From Chara braunii (Eukaryota; Plantae; Charophyceae), in NCBI GenBank assembly GCA_003427395.1, contig BFEA01000018.1, forward strand, positions 2,876,315 to 2,940,314: DNA of 64,000 nucleotides. The letters run 5' to 3'. Of this stretch, positions 22,205 through 33,709 are shown piece by piece; positions within the stretch are counted from its first letter, which is position 1, and every line of letters starts with the position of its first letter. The position numbers were made by a program, and so were the translations under genes. The notes beneath the pieces were generated by a model. That model had not been told where the DNA came from. It saw nothing but the letters and a program-made list of their open reading frames with translations, and searched no databases.

Positions 22205-25200
22205 TTTTTTTTTTATTATTTTTTTTTTTCTTGGATGGCTCCTCTATTAGTAGGGAGCAACACTTGCTAGAAAGCGGGTCCAGCGTCCCTTCATACATTT
22301 TACAGAGTTTGAACCATGATAGTTGTTGTAAGGAGCCTCCTACTGAATTGTTCGTAGGTTAAACACCCCGTGTTGTTCTTATCAGTTTCATGTATAAGAG
22401 CACGCACTTGGTTAAGCTAGTGAGCGGTTTCTGTTAAGGACACTGAACTGATAAACCCTCAACCTTGTTCCCATAAGTCTCTGTACCCCCTCTATTCAGT
22501 ATCCCTCAATCCCTTGTCTCCTTTCTCTGGCCCTCTTCGCTCCTGTGCAACTTTAGTTGTTCCTACTGTCCCCTTTCTGTCTATCATCCCAACCCCCTCG
22601 ATTCCTTCATTTCCTACCGGCCCTTTGGCCCAGGCAGTCTTGTCATGTATCCCCGTTTGTTAATCTTTACTCAGTACATCCCAAATGGCTGAATGGGGTT
22701 TGACTCATAGTGGAGGAGGGGCAAACAGCAGGCCAGGGTAAAGGGAGGGACATAACGTCGATTTCAGGAGAGGAACTTGAAGGGGGGGGGCTGCTGGGAA
22801 TCGTAGATGGAGGCAGGGGGCAGGTGTTGGTTTGATCTATTGGAAGGGGGAGGGACCAGGATAAAGTTTGGTTCTTGGTAGGGGACCATGAAATGAGATT
22901 GAGGGAGTCGCTCCCACGTGGGTTCCTTCGCCACCCATCTGCGCCAAATGAGGTTGTCTTGGTCGTCCAGAGTAGCCAGCTTCCTGTTTTTGTCTAGCCA
23001 TATGGACTCAAAGATATCTTTACACTGTTGCCTCTCGTTCTGATCTTTTGCGTCAGTGAGGTCCTTTTTAAGTTGCTCCCAGGATACTTGAGTATGGTTC
23101 GTGATTGTTGCAATCGTCGACTCCCTTGCTTGTAGATAGCCAAAGAAACCTTTGTCCCTTTCGTGGGAGCAGTGTATTCTCCAGGCCAACAACAGTAGTA
23201 TGAGTCTCATGTAAGAGACGAGGTTAGTTGCGAAGGTATCCCATTGATGGGACTGAGGGCTATGTTCGCCTAACAGATGAGGGGAAAACTCCAAGGGAGA
23301 TGCTGACCAACCAGGTGATGCCATAGCGAGTCCCACCAACTCCAGAGTTGTACCACCATCGGACATGCCAGCAAACAGTGTTTGAGTGTTGCTCTCGCTG
23401 CTGGCAAGGATTTCCCACAATAAGAGCAAATCGGGGAGAGGATGCCGAGCTGCTCCAGGTCTGTGCGGGAGACAATCTAGCCCGGGGTGGGAAGGCATCT
23501 ATGGAGGATCTGCCACTGCAGGGCTCGGTGGGCCGTTGGCGTGATCTTGGAATAGCGAGACCATGATAGGTTGCCGAGGTCTTGTCGAGTGAGCGGGGAG
23601 TCCCTTTCCATCCACTTTTTACTACTTCTGTCGTCCGGGGGGTGACCCGTGTAGCTCTGTATCCTTCCTTGACTGTGTACTCTCATATGAGGGTTCGTTT
23701 TTCTGTGTTCCATTCCCATTCTGCAGGGTCGAATGGCAGCCTGTTGATGGGGGTGTTGGGCTCGTATGCCCATTTTTTGAGCTGTTTGTTTTCCAACACC
23801 CTCACGCTCATGAGATGATAAGGCGGTACCGTGACCTCACAGTCCCTTTCCTCTTGCTTGGTAAGTGCGGACCATTTTTCCCCTGGCAAGTCCATCTTGA
23901 ATGCCTCTAGCTTGGCCATGTTCGGACAAGTTTGTGAGACTTTATACACAGTCGTCGGCAGGGGAAGGGACCGAAATTGGACCATCTAATCCCCCACCCT
24001 GAGCGTCGGGCCTGTTTTCAAGGCTAGTGACCACCCTATGCCAGTGGGAATGACCTCGATTACTGGAGCCATTTTCTATTCCAAAATTTCTAATGTTTTT
24101 TAAGTGCTGTTTAAGTTTCTCTAGGGTTTTCCAACTGCCTGTTGTAGAGTCCCAAAGGTCCCCATCTGTGTAGCAACCCCTTCTCACCCAGGCCACCCAT
24201 GTGGAGTCTTGGTGCAGGTCGAATACATTTCCCGCTTCGTCCGGCACCTTCGGGTTTCCGAAGAGCGGTTGTCTCTGCACCTCGTGCCATCTCAGCGGGG
24301 CCGTGGTCTGCTTAGGGCCTTTGTTTCTCCAAAGTCGAAGCATGAAGTCCCAATGCGGGTCCACTTGTAGGTCCCTTTTTGCTTGGTTTGATGGCAAGTC
24401 GTCCTTGGTGAGGAGGGATAGGCCAGATGGGATTTGTAAGCCATTGTAGGGGGTGTTGAGGGATGGACGACCCCACGTCTGGGGCCAAGTTGATGAGTTG
24501 GATGTATGCCAGGGGGGACCGGGGGATGTCATTCCCCAACAATATTCTTATGATGAATTTAAACAGTACTGTATCAGTCTCGTCGGCTGGTCGATAATCC
24601 CTAGTCCACCCTTGGCTCTTCGTTGGGCCACATACTACCAGCAACTCTATACAAACATTGGCCTTCTCCCCCCTCATTTTTTTGAAGGTATGTAGCGACC
24701 GCTCGTTGCAGGTGGGATAGTTGCTTGGTTGTCAAGCGCCATAATGCTGTCTTGTACTAGATGGAGGCCAAGATAAAACTGTTTATGGTTAGGGCCCTTC
24801 CAATCAGTGCAGTGTGAATGCCTTTCCATTTGGAGATTTGTTTGAGGGTCAGTTCTACTAGCGAGTCCCGTTGTCCTGTGGCGGGCCCAATGTTGTAAGT
24901 CTCACCCCCAACACCCTGATGGCCTCCTTCTATGCCCACCACGTGACCGCTGGTTGCGACGGAGGGGGGTGGCCTTATGCATGGAGTGACCATCCCTCAG
25001 TTTTTGTCCCCAAGTTTACTTCCATATCCGCAACCATTAAGAAAAGATTGACCGCTTTTTCCACTGTACCTCTCTCATTCGTCTTCATGAGGACTGTGAG
25101 GTCATCCACAAACAGAGAGGTTACTGGGACAAGATGGGAGAGGATCTTTGGGATGCTTATTTTCTGAATGTGAGGGTGGACCCTTATCATTGCGGCTAGA

Positions 25201-27543
25201 GCTTCCATTACTATAACGAAGAGCTAGGGGGCGATCGGGTCCCCTTGTCTCACCGAGCGTTGGAGGGGGAAAGACGGTGAGAGATGTCCATTAAGCATAA
25301 TATTTGTGGAGGCAGTCCTATGCAAGATGTTGACCCACTAACCAAAAGACTCTCCTAAGTTCATCCGTTTTAGACATATGTCCAGGAAATCCCAGACAAC
25401 GTGGTCATAGGCCTTTTCAAAATCGATGAACAGGATCGCTGCGTCCACGTTTCTTTGTCGCATACCTGATGGTTTCGTTCACTAGCAGGATGATGTCCTG
25501 GATATTCCTGCTTGGCATGAAACCCGACTGGTCTGGGTGGATGAGATTGTGTATCAACGGAAGGAACATATTTGTCAGGGCCTTTGTCACCATTTTATAG
25601 AAAGGGGGAGAAGCATGATTGGACGATAGTTTCGTATGTCCGCCTTGTCCCCCTTTTTGTATAACAGCGTGGCCACTCCTTGCCCTATTAGTCCCCCAAA
25701 GGATCTTTGGTTGTGGACAGCTTGCACATATTGTAGAATGTCATCTTTAAGGATTTGCTAGAAGTGCATCCAAATTTTTGTGGGGAAGGAATCCAGGCCG
25801 GGCGTTTTGTCATCTTCCATACATTTAAGAGATGTTCACACCTCCTCTTCTGTTAGAGGGGTCTCCAACTAGGTCCTCTGTATGTCTGTAAGTCGTGTAG
25901 TGATAACTTGAGCCATGCATGTTCTAGCGTGTTATCATTCTCGGGGATCCCATTGGTTTGCTTGGGAGGTAAAGAGTTGTTTGTAGTAGTTCGAGGCATA
26001 ATCGATGAGCTGGCAAGCGTTCCTAGCCACAGGCTTTTCAGGGAGGAACGAGTGCCTCAATTCAACCACCGTGTTTTATCTCGACCTCGCTCTAGCCGTG
26101 ACAAAAAAGGTTCTGGCCATCGTCCCGTCCACCTGTTTTTTTTTTTTTTGGCCTGGATCTCCACGCATTCACCTGATGGTTCATGTGTTCCTGAAGCAGT
26201 TGCCTTGCAGCCTGCAGTCTATTGAAGATGCGCAGGTCAAGGGGGTTTTGGTTGAGTTGGTCGTCTCATTCGTCCAGGTCGAGCAGAGTCGTTCTAATAT
26301 CGTTTTTTTGGCTCTAGCGTGCTAAATTGCAAACTTTTTGGTCCTGTCTTGGAGTTTTGTCACCTCATTGTTGAACCAATCCACTATTTCCTCGTACGAG
26401 GGCTGTCTCTTATACACATCTAGATGTGTATAAGAGACAGGGTCAAGGGGGTTTTGGTTGAGTTGGTCGTCTCATTCGTCCAGGTCGAGCAGAGTCGTTC
26501 TAATATCGTTTTTTTGGCTCTAGCGTGCTAAATTGCAAACTTTTTGGTCCTGTCTTGGAGTTTTGTCACCTCATTGTTGAACCAATCCACTATTTCCTCG
26601 TACGAGGGTTTGACTGACTGACAATGATCCCATAATTGCTTGACCATAGTTTGAAATGTTGTTAAAGGCAACAAGGATGTGTTGAACTTGAAAAAAACGG
26701 GACCTCTTGCTATGTGGTCATGGAAGGAGAGGCCCACCACTATCATCCTATGGTCAAAGGATTTATTTGGGCCGAAGGAGAGGATCTTTGCTGCTGTGAG
26801 CAAGCCCATTAGGTCTGTCGAGATTAAGGAGAGGTCGATCCTTGAGTTCGATAGACCGGCTTCTCCTCTGGACCTCAGGCATGTGTACTTATTTTGGGAA
26901 GGGTAAAGAGAGCGAAATGTGTCTTCGAACTGATACTGAGCCATAAAATGAGAGAGGACCAGTGCATCCGGACCCGGAATCCCCATGGCAGTCACTGCTT
27001 CTTGAGAGGACAATTTTCTTTCCATAGCCGGGTCCAAGGTGTTGTTAAATTCCCCCATCATGATCACCGGGGCGTTTTGCATGATGATGTCTTGCTGGTG
27101 GAGGAGGAACTCGACTCTTTGCGGCAACTCACGTGGGGCGTAGATTGAGATTACTATTTAAAAAACCTCGTCCGTTGTTTTGGCCTTAAGATAGATCCAC
27201 CTACCCTGTTGTTTGTCTTATTCCACTTGTATTGGTTCAATCCTTGATGATGGAGGAAACCACATTGCCACCCTGGTTGAGGCAGAGGATCTCGACGACA
27301 CGTAGTGGGCTGTGTAGGCCATATCCATCTGCCCTTGGCTATGTGGTTCGAGGAGTCAATGAGGTGCGTTTCTTGAACACACACAGCGTCCAGCCATCGG
27401 CCGGTGTTGGGGTCGCGTATCATATTCCAAATTGCATCGTTTTTGGCCTGCGTGGACGATCCTAACCCATTGACATTTATTGAGCGGATATCAATGTCAG
27501 CCTGGCTCCATTTCTTTTCCCAGGTTGGGGGCCTGCGTAGTGG
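22205..27543 (-). mobile_element. Decayed L1/Tx1-like LINE ORF2 (APE endonuclease + RT + C-terminal region), second family
   Basis: Motifs SINVNGL, VCVQETHL, GEFNNTLD, SRIDL, FDHR, FKFNTSL, DFEKAYD, VRQGDP, SLFVDD and LQWQILHRCLPT. Poly(A) tail appears as the T-tract at 22205-22229. Many stops and frameshifts. Confidence 0.9.
26403..26440. other. Nextera mate-pair junction adapter (assembly artefact)
   Basis: Exact 38-bp CTGTCTCTTATACACATCT-AGATGTGTATAAGAGACAG, flanked by a false duplication (26236-26402 = 26441-26607). Confidence 0.98.
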
Positions 27544-27693
27544 NNNNNNNNNNNNNNNNNNNNNNNNNNNNNNNNNNNNNNNNNNNNNNNNNNNNNNNNN
27601 NNNNNNNNNNNNNNNNNNNNNNNNNNNNNNNNNNNNNNNNNNNNNNNNNNNNNNNNNNNTGGAAGGCAAAGTTGACACGCGTACGTGTGTGGC

Positions 27694-27731
27694 CTGTCTC
27701 TTATACACATCTAGATGTGTATAAGAGACAG
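27694..27731. other. Nextera mate-pair junction adapter (assembly artefact)
   Basis: Same 38-mer. The preceding 34 bp (27660-27693) are identical to 32583-32616, ~4.9 kb away. Confidence 0.98.
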
Positions 27732-28558
27732 CTGGGTAGGTGTGGGCTGCTGTCGGGCTTGATCCATTTTGTTACAGGCGCCTCAAAATTGGGAGGCTGG
27801 ACCAGTTTTCCAGCAGGTGTAGCTCCCTGCCAATAGAATGGAGCCTTTTTACACACACACACAAAGAAAGAAGGGTGGTGTAGGTTCCTGGACTGAGTAT
27901 AGGGCCTGGGCTGCCCTATGTTAGCTCTTCGCTTGGCAAGGGGCCATGAGACACTGCCTGTGGAAGCTCAGTAAAGGGGTCTGTGAGGTACAGATTCCCC
28001 GGGGCTCATCATGGTTAGCTCACGCGGTTGGTATACAAAATGATCATGCCTCGTGTCTGAAGTGCCTGTATGACACAGGCCTGGTCTTCAACCAGGAATG
28101 GACATGTTGCCTTCCAGAGCCCTGGTGCCCACAACCGCTTTCCGATAGTTCCCCTGGAATGCAGACTCGGAGGTGGGTGGTCCTTGATGTTGACGCAGGG
28201 TGGGAGGGGTTGCGTGAGGAAAAGAGAGGAAAATAAAAGAAAGAGAAAAGCAAAGGATGGGGGTAGAAAAAGGAAAAGGGAAAGGGGAAAAAGGGTACTT
28301 GTGGTCTATAACGGTGGGCTGTGACTTGTGGCAGAGCATACGAAAACTGGTGAAAAAGCAGATCAGGGCCACGTCACGGGTAACTTAGTGCAAGTAAAAT
28401 AGTCCTGTGGGACCTGGCCCTGCCTACCGGTAGCACGCATCCATTATTTCACTGGGATTCCTCCCATCCGCTTTGAGAAGTCTACGCCTAAGGGGGGGGG
28501 TGGGCATGGGTTGTGGGGACCTTTCTCCAGTTTAATCCTTCTTTTCTTCAATAAATAA

Positions 28559-29379
28559 CTAACATTTAAAATACGATTTCAAAACAAAGAATGATAAATC
28601 TTTTGAGCGGAGTGATTTCGGCTTTTGGGTGGGGTGATTTCGGCTTCTGGTTGGGTTGAGGCGGATGCGTACTGGGTGAGGTTCTGCCTTCTGGCGCGAC
28701 GGATAGAGATTGGCCCGCTGATTGATTGGTTGCCCGTTATATCGGACCCTGGATCTGGCTCCAGGGTCTTCATTGCCAGAAAGCTTTTCCTCATTACTCA
28801 TTATTTTCCGCCTTGCCTATTTGGGAAAGCCATAGAAAGCAGAAAAGCGAGGGAGCACCAACCGGCCTACCGTCTTCCCCCGAACACAACGCACCCCCAT
28901 TTTGCCTGTATCGGGCGGGAAACATACCTTGTATACGTTCATTTTCAGGGTGCGGTATGCTCGGGGGAAGACGGTAGCTCAGTTGGTACACCCCTGAACT
29001 GTTGACTGCGGACGTGAGTTCGAGCATCGCCGACGCACAAGAGTATTATACTACAATTTGGAAGGACCTGAGTTCGAACCTCGGCGGACGTACATATGAT
29101 GAGTAAATATACTACAATTCTGAATTACCTACGGCCGTTGAGGAAATGGGGTTGAAGGCAAGGTGTGGGCGCAGCTGGGGGTGGGAGAAAGGGGGGGGAA
29201 AGGGCGCTGACCCAAACCTGGGCAACGCTTTTGAGGCTCAGTGGAGCAGCGACCGGTAGCAGGCCTGCTTTGGGTTCCAGCCGAGTATCCCAGCGTTGGA
29301 ACTCATCCTCGGCCCGATCGGGTCCAGCGGACGGATCCACAGGGCTCTTCGCGGAAGAGATCCTGACCGACTTCAGCAT
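28559..29379 (-). CDS. Putative spliced gene divergent from psbO (exon 29379-29218, exon from 28816), unknown product
   Basis: ATG at 29379; phase-0 donor CAG|GTTTGG; pyrimidine-rich acceptor ctttcccaaatAG|GCA joins in frame to the 28559-28801 ORF. The 401-bp intron contains the SINE and MITE. The 3' extent is uncertain. Confidence 0.35.
28855..29125 (+). mobile_element. tRNA-derived SINE copy interrupted by a MITE
   Basis: A-box TAGCTCAGTTGG and B-boxes GAGTTCGAGC and GAGTTCGAACC. The head is shared with the copies at 35190-35367, 35625-35742 and 36304-36370. Confidence 0.7.
28870..28974. mobile_element. Tc1/mariner (pogo/Tc2-like) MITE
   Basis: TA|CCGTCTTCCCCCGA...TCGGGGGAAGACGG|TA. Inserted at the TA of the SINE sequence GCCTAGCTCAG, which confirms the TA duplication. 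Confidence 0.85.
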
Positions 29380-29545
29380 ACTGCTACCTCGGGGCGAGGC
29401 CCGGAGCGTCGTTAGGGATTAGATGGAGGACGGATGAGAGAGAGGGGAAAGGGGGTGGGGGAGAGAGAGAGAGAGGGAGAGAGAGAGAGAGAGGGGACCC
29501 TCGCGGGAGTAGGGGGGAGGGGAAGGAGGACGAGGAGGATAGACA

Positions 29546-29552
29546 GATAAGG
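29546..29552 (+). promoter_or_regulatory. I-box-like GATAAGG upstream of psbO
   Basis: About 215 bp upstream of the ATG among further GATA motifs and a GA tract. Short motif that could be chance. Confidence 0.25.
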
Positions 29553-29762
29553 TAGAAAGATAGAAGATTGCGCGGCCGTCCGCTGCTCGCGCAATTGTTT
29601 GACCCGTGGAGGAGCCCATCCATTCCGCCAGCAGGGCAGGGGGGGGGGGAGAGAAGGTACTGAAACTTCTTTCTTTCCTCTGCCGCCGCGAGCCAAAAGC
29701 GCGCAGCACAGTGGGAGAGGCACGAAGGCAGTCCTCCTCACAGAGAAGTCACAGACATAGCC

Positions 29763-30776
29763 ATGGCTGCGCTCACGGTTGCCAGCAGCGCCGCCATCAA
29801 GGCGTCGGCTTCGGGCCTCGCCCAGACCAAGCTTGAGAGTGCCACCCGCCTGCAGCTCAAGGGCAGCAGCGGCTCGTCTTCTGCTGCCAAGGCCTTCGGC
29901 CTTAGCAAATGCAACTCTCGCCTCTCCTGCTCCCTCGACGAGGAGGCCTCCTCCTTCGTTAGCAAGGTCGCCGATGCCGCCAAGGGTGCCGCCGTCGCCT
30001 TGGCCACGTCTGCATTGCTGGCGCAAGCTGCCGTTGCCGCTCCTCCTCGTCTGACCTTCGACGAAATCAACAGCAAGACTTACCTCGAGGTCAAGGGTAC
30101 CGGCACTGCCAACCAGTGCCCTGCTATTGGTGGAGGCTTGGACGGCTTCAGCTTCAAGCCTGGCAAATACCAGATGCAGAAGCTTTGCCTCGAGCCGACT
30201 GAGTTCCGCGTCAAGGCCGAGTCCCAGTTCAAGGGCGGCGACACTGAGTTCACCAAGACCAAGCTCATGACTAGACTGACTTACACTCTGGACGAGATTG
30301 AGGGCCCATTCGAGGTGAGCAGCGATGGATCCGTGAAGTTCGAGGAGAAGGACGGAATCGACTACGCGGCTGTGACGGTGCAGTTGCCGGGAGGGGAGAG
30401 AGTGCCCTTCCTGTTCTCGGTGAAGGAGCTGGTGGCGACTGGGAAGCCGTCGAGCTTCGGAGGAAAGTACCTGGTTCCGTCCTACAGAGGGTCGTCTTTC
30501 TTGGACCCGAAGGGCCGAGGTGGGTCCACTGGATACGACAACGCGGTGGCACTGCCAGCAGGAGGGTCAGGTGATAGAGATGACCTGGAGAAGGAGAACT
30601 TGAAGAGCACGTCGGCCGCCGAGGGCAACATAGTCTTCACCGTGGCTCAGTCCAATCCGGAATCGGGAGAGGTGGTGGGGACGTTTGAGAGCGTGCAGCC
30701 GTCCGATACCGACCTCGGTGCCAAGCAGGCCAAGGAGGTGAAGATCTCTGGCATCTGGTACGGTCAGTTGAAGTAG
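29763..30776 (+). CDS. psbO: Photosystem II oxygen-evolving enhancer protein 1 (33 kDa manganese-stabilising protein) precursor, 337 aa
   Basis: [100 protein letters not shown]. Bipartite chloroplast/thylakoid transit peptide ending AVA. GC3-rich, uninterrupted ORF. Confidence 0.99.
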   Translation: MAALTVASSAAIKASASGLAQTKLESATRLQLKGSSGSSSAAKAFGLSKCNSRLSCSLDEEASSFVSKVADAAKGAAVALATSALLAQAAVAAPPRLTFDEINSKTYLEVKGTGTANQCPAIGGGLDGFSFKPGKYQMQKLCLEPTEFRVKAESQFKGGDTEFTKTKLMTRLTYTLDEIEGPFEVSSDGSVKFEEKDGIDYAAVTVQLPGGERVPFLFSVKELVATGKPSSFGGKYLVPSYRGSSFLDPKGRGGSTGYDNAVALPAGGSGDRDDLEKENLKSTSAAEGNIVFTVAQSNPESGEVVGTFESVQPSDTDLGAKQAKEVKISGIWYGQLK

Positions 30777-30824
30777 TAAATCACGCGGTCAAGGAGCGGT
30801 GCGATTCTCTGCGCTCTTTGCTTT

Positions 30825-30948
30825 GTGTGTGTGTGTGTGTGTGTGTGGGTGTGTGTGGGTGTGTGGGTGGGTGTGTGCGTGTGTTTGTTGCGTAAGTCTC
30901 TCGGTGGGTCAGTGTGTTTGACACTCTGCCTGCCTCGTATAGAAAAAA

Positions 30949-31037
<89 letters not shown>

Positions 31038-31038
31038 N

Positions 31039-31112
<74 letters not shown>
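30825..31112. repeat. (GT)n and (GA)n microsatellites downstream of psbO
   Basis: Direct inspection. Confidence 0.95.
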
Positions 31113-31116
<4 letters not shown>

Positions 31117-32467
31117 AGGGAGGGAGATAGTACTGCACTTGAATGGAGCTGGACGTCGCTCTCCTGTCGTCTTCTGGCTAGCTCATGATTGATGTAATTA
31201 TATTTATCGGATGGGATGCACTGGCTTGGCGCGCTTCGCTGGCTTTTGTTTTTGTTCCAAATTGATAAATGGTTGTGCATAATCAGAGCCAGAGTGTGAT
31301 GACCCTACTCTTTCATGTGTTTCGTGTGCCTCTCTCCTCCCCACTAGCTCTTCCCATCTTGTCCTCGCCATCCCTTTCTTTTTCCCTCTCTCTTCTCCTC
31401 CATTGCCACTCTCCTTCTCCCTCTCGTTTCTAGCTGACGTGTGCATGCATGCATGCATGCATGTAATTTCTCTCGCATGCACGCCTTGTCGGCCAACGTG
31501 TGGCAGTGTGTCGTCGGACGAGTGGGATTTCGACGCTCCCTCCTCCCTTCTCCCTTCTCCCTTCTCCAAACCCTCCCCCCCTCATCTCTCTCATCTCCTC
31601 AGTGATCCCAACTATCCTCTCCTCCTCGACCTCCACCCCCACGTTGTAATTCTCCCAATTGCATGCGGCAGCTTGATTAAAGCTCCGTGAGGCGGAACTG
31701 CAGAGCGTCGGCTGGCTGTAGCCGACCTCATGATGGCCGTTCCGGTCGGCCGGTCGGGCGGCCGGTCCGTCGGCTACCGGTAGCGAGCTCTCGTCGTGAT
31801 CACGATCCGGCGAGTATGGTTCCTACGGCATGACCTGCGCTCCCAAACTCCTCCGTTTGGTCGCCCGCAGTGAACGACTTGTCCGTTATTTGCCACTGGG
31901 GCAACGGGCGAGGTCGTCGGCTGAACCGACCGGTAGCAGAGAACAACTTGCTGACTACTCTACCGTAGGTTGATTGATGGCCTGCTTTCTCTCAGGGCGG
32001 TGATACCAGATCAGTCGCACGTTTTCAATTAAGAACAGCTGGCAGTCCCACGTTCGTTCCAGGACTACAGTCCGTCCGCTTGGTCCATAAAGTTAGTCTA
32101 CGGCCGAGGCTGCGCCCTCATTTGCCCCGCTCCTTCCCCCCCCCTTCCCCCCTCTTCTTCCTGTCTGTCGAACCCGCGGGACTTGAACAGTCGTCACTTA
32201 TTGCAGGAGACCGGTCTTTGAATAGGCTGTGTTACACGCGCCGGACCTCCGCGGAGTCGCGGACTTGTCTTCCTTCTACAGGCGATGTACATATGGTATG
32301 TCCATCCGACAAGCAGGTGAGGACAGACCGGGACCAAACAGCAAAATGTTTTTTTCACGGAAGGGAACGGTGTGAGGGAGAACCTCCTAGAGCAATATTG
32401 GAACGAGTGTTTCCTATTAGCCGCCTGCCTGCGCAACCCCCCCACATACCCCTCCCTTACCCTCCTC

Positions 32468-32522
<55 letters not shown>

Positions 32523-32635
32523 AAAATAAAACCCAAAACTTGTAGCGGCCTGCGCCTTGCGGATTTGGTTTGTATCCGTGCATGGAAGGCAAAGTTGACA
32601 CGCGTACGTGTGTGGCATGGATTACAAAGCAGCTA

Positions 32636-32718
32636 CATGTGTGACATGTGTGACATCTGTGACATGTGTGACATGTGTGACATGTGTGACATGTGTGACA
32701 TGTGTGACATGTGTGACA
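32636..32718. repeat. 9-bp tandem repeat (CATGTGTGA) x ~9
   Basis: Direct inspection. Confidence 0.95.
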
Positions 32719-33561
32719 TTAGTGATAATACTGTTGACAGTGGTGCATGTGTGCTGGCACGGGTGACAGCGTGACGTCGGTGACGTGGAGAAGCTGTCGA
32801 GCGGAATTCAAGCGACCCGGTGTAAAAACTGACGAAGCAACCATATCAATTTCTTCCAGGGGAAAAAAAAGAGAAAATAAAGAGAAAAAGGAAAATGGGA
32901 AAATAGTAAAATACAACAACAACTAAAAGGAAAGAGAAGTGTTTGGTGGGGGGGGGGGCGGGGAGTGTAAAAAAGAAACTAAAGAATAAAAGAAAGAAAG
33001 GAAAAGAAAACAAGAAAAAGGAAACAAAAGAAAAACAACAACAACAACAACAACAACAAAATAAAAATAACTTTATGGTGACGAGTTTTTCTCAACGACA
33101 AGAAAAAGCTCAACGCACCAATCCTTCTTCCGTGCGTCACGTCCCCACTCCACCCTTCTTGGCGCTCCCGCCTTCTATCCTCCGTCCTTGCGCGTCCGTT
33201 CCTACCGTTGCAATCGCCCCTCCCTTTCGGCTCTCCCTCCCTCCCTTCCTCCCTCCTTCCCTCCCTTCTTCTCTCCCCTCGTGCTGCTTTGGACGTAGTC
33301 GCACTGCACTGGGATTTTACCTGGCAGGCGGATTATCCCGAAAAACGTGTTTGGCCCCTGATTATACGATAATACATACCCAATTTTTTTTATTTTTTTA
33401 TTTTTTTTTTTTCAGACCCAAGTTCCAATCCAGATACAAACCGATGACCAGAAAAATTCTGAGTTACCTGCTGGGCCCGGTCAGTTCAATGATGATATTT
33501 CAACTCCGTGCCCCTTTTCAAATACTAAAAAAAAACCTCCGTTGTCCAAACTGTTCGAGTT

Positions 33562-33708
33562 GTCCTTCGGGACGTCCGTTAAAATTGAAACGACACTCTC
33601 AAAAAAAATTAAAAATTGAAACGACACAGAGAAGATTAGCATATGGCCCCTGCGCAAGGACGACACGCTTAAATCGCAACCCAAAAAAAAAAAAAAAAAA
33701 AAAAAAAA
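33562..33708 (+). pseudogene. U6: U6 snRNA processed pseudogene
   Basis: GTCCTTCGGGAC.TCCG.TAAAATTG.AACGA.ACAGAGAAGATTAGCA(ta)TGGCCCCTGCGCAAGGA.GACACGC.TAAATCG matches plant U6. The 3' U-tract is replaced by poly(A), there is an internal insertion, and no USE/TATA lies upstream. Confidence 0.9.
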
Positions 33709-33709
33709 N

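Noticed and set aside
26403-26440. Tn5-like mosaic-end transposon or novel palindrome
   Set aside because: Exact Nextera mate-pair junction adapter.
28975-29040. Functional tRNA gene
   Set aside because: No acceptor-stem pairing, interrupted by a MITE, and part of a dispersed repeat family.
33313-33340. U1 snRNA 5' end (TTACCTGGCAGG)
   Set aside because: Only ~12 nt match; no U1 stem-loops or Sm site follow.
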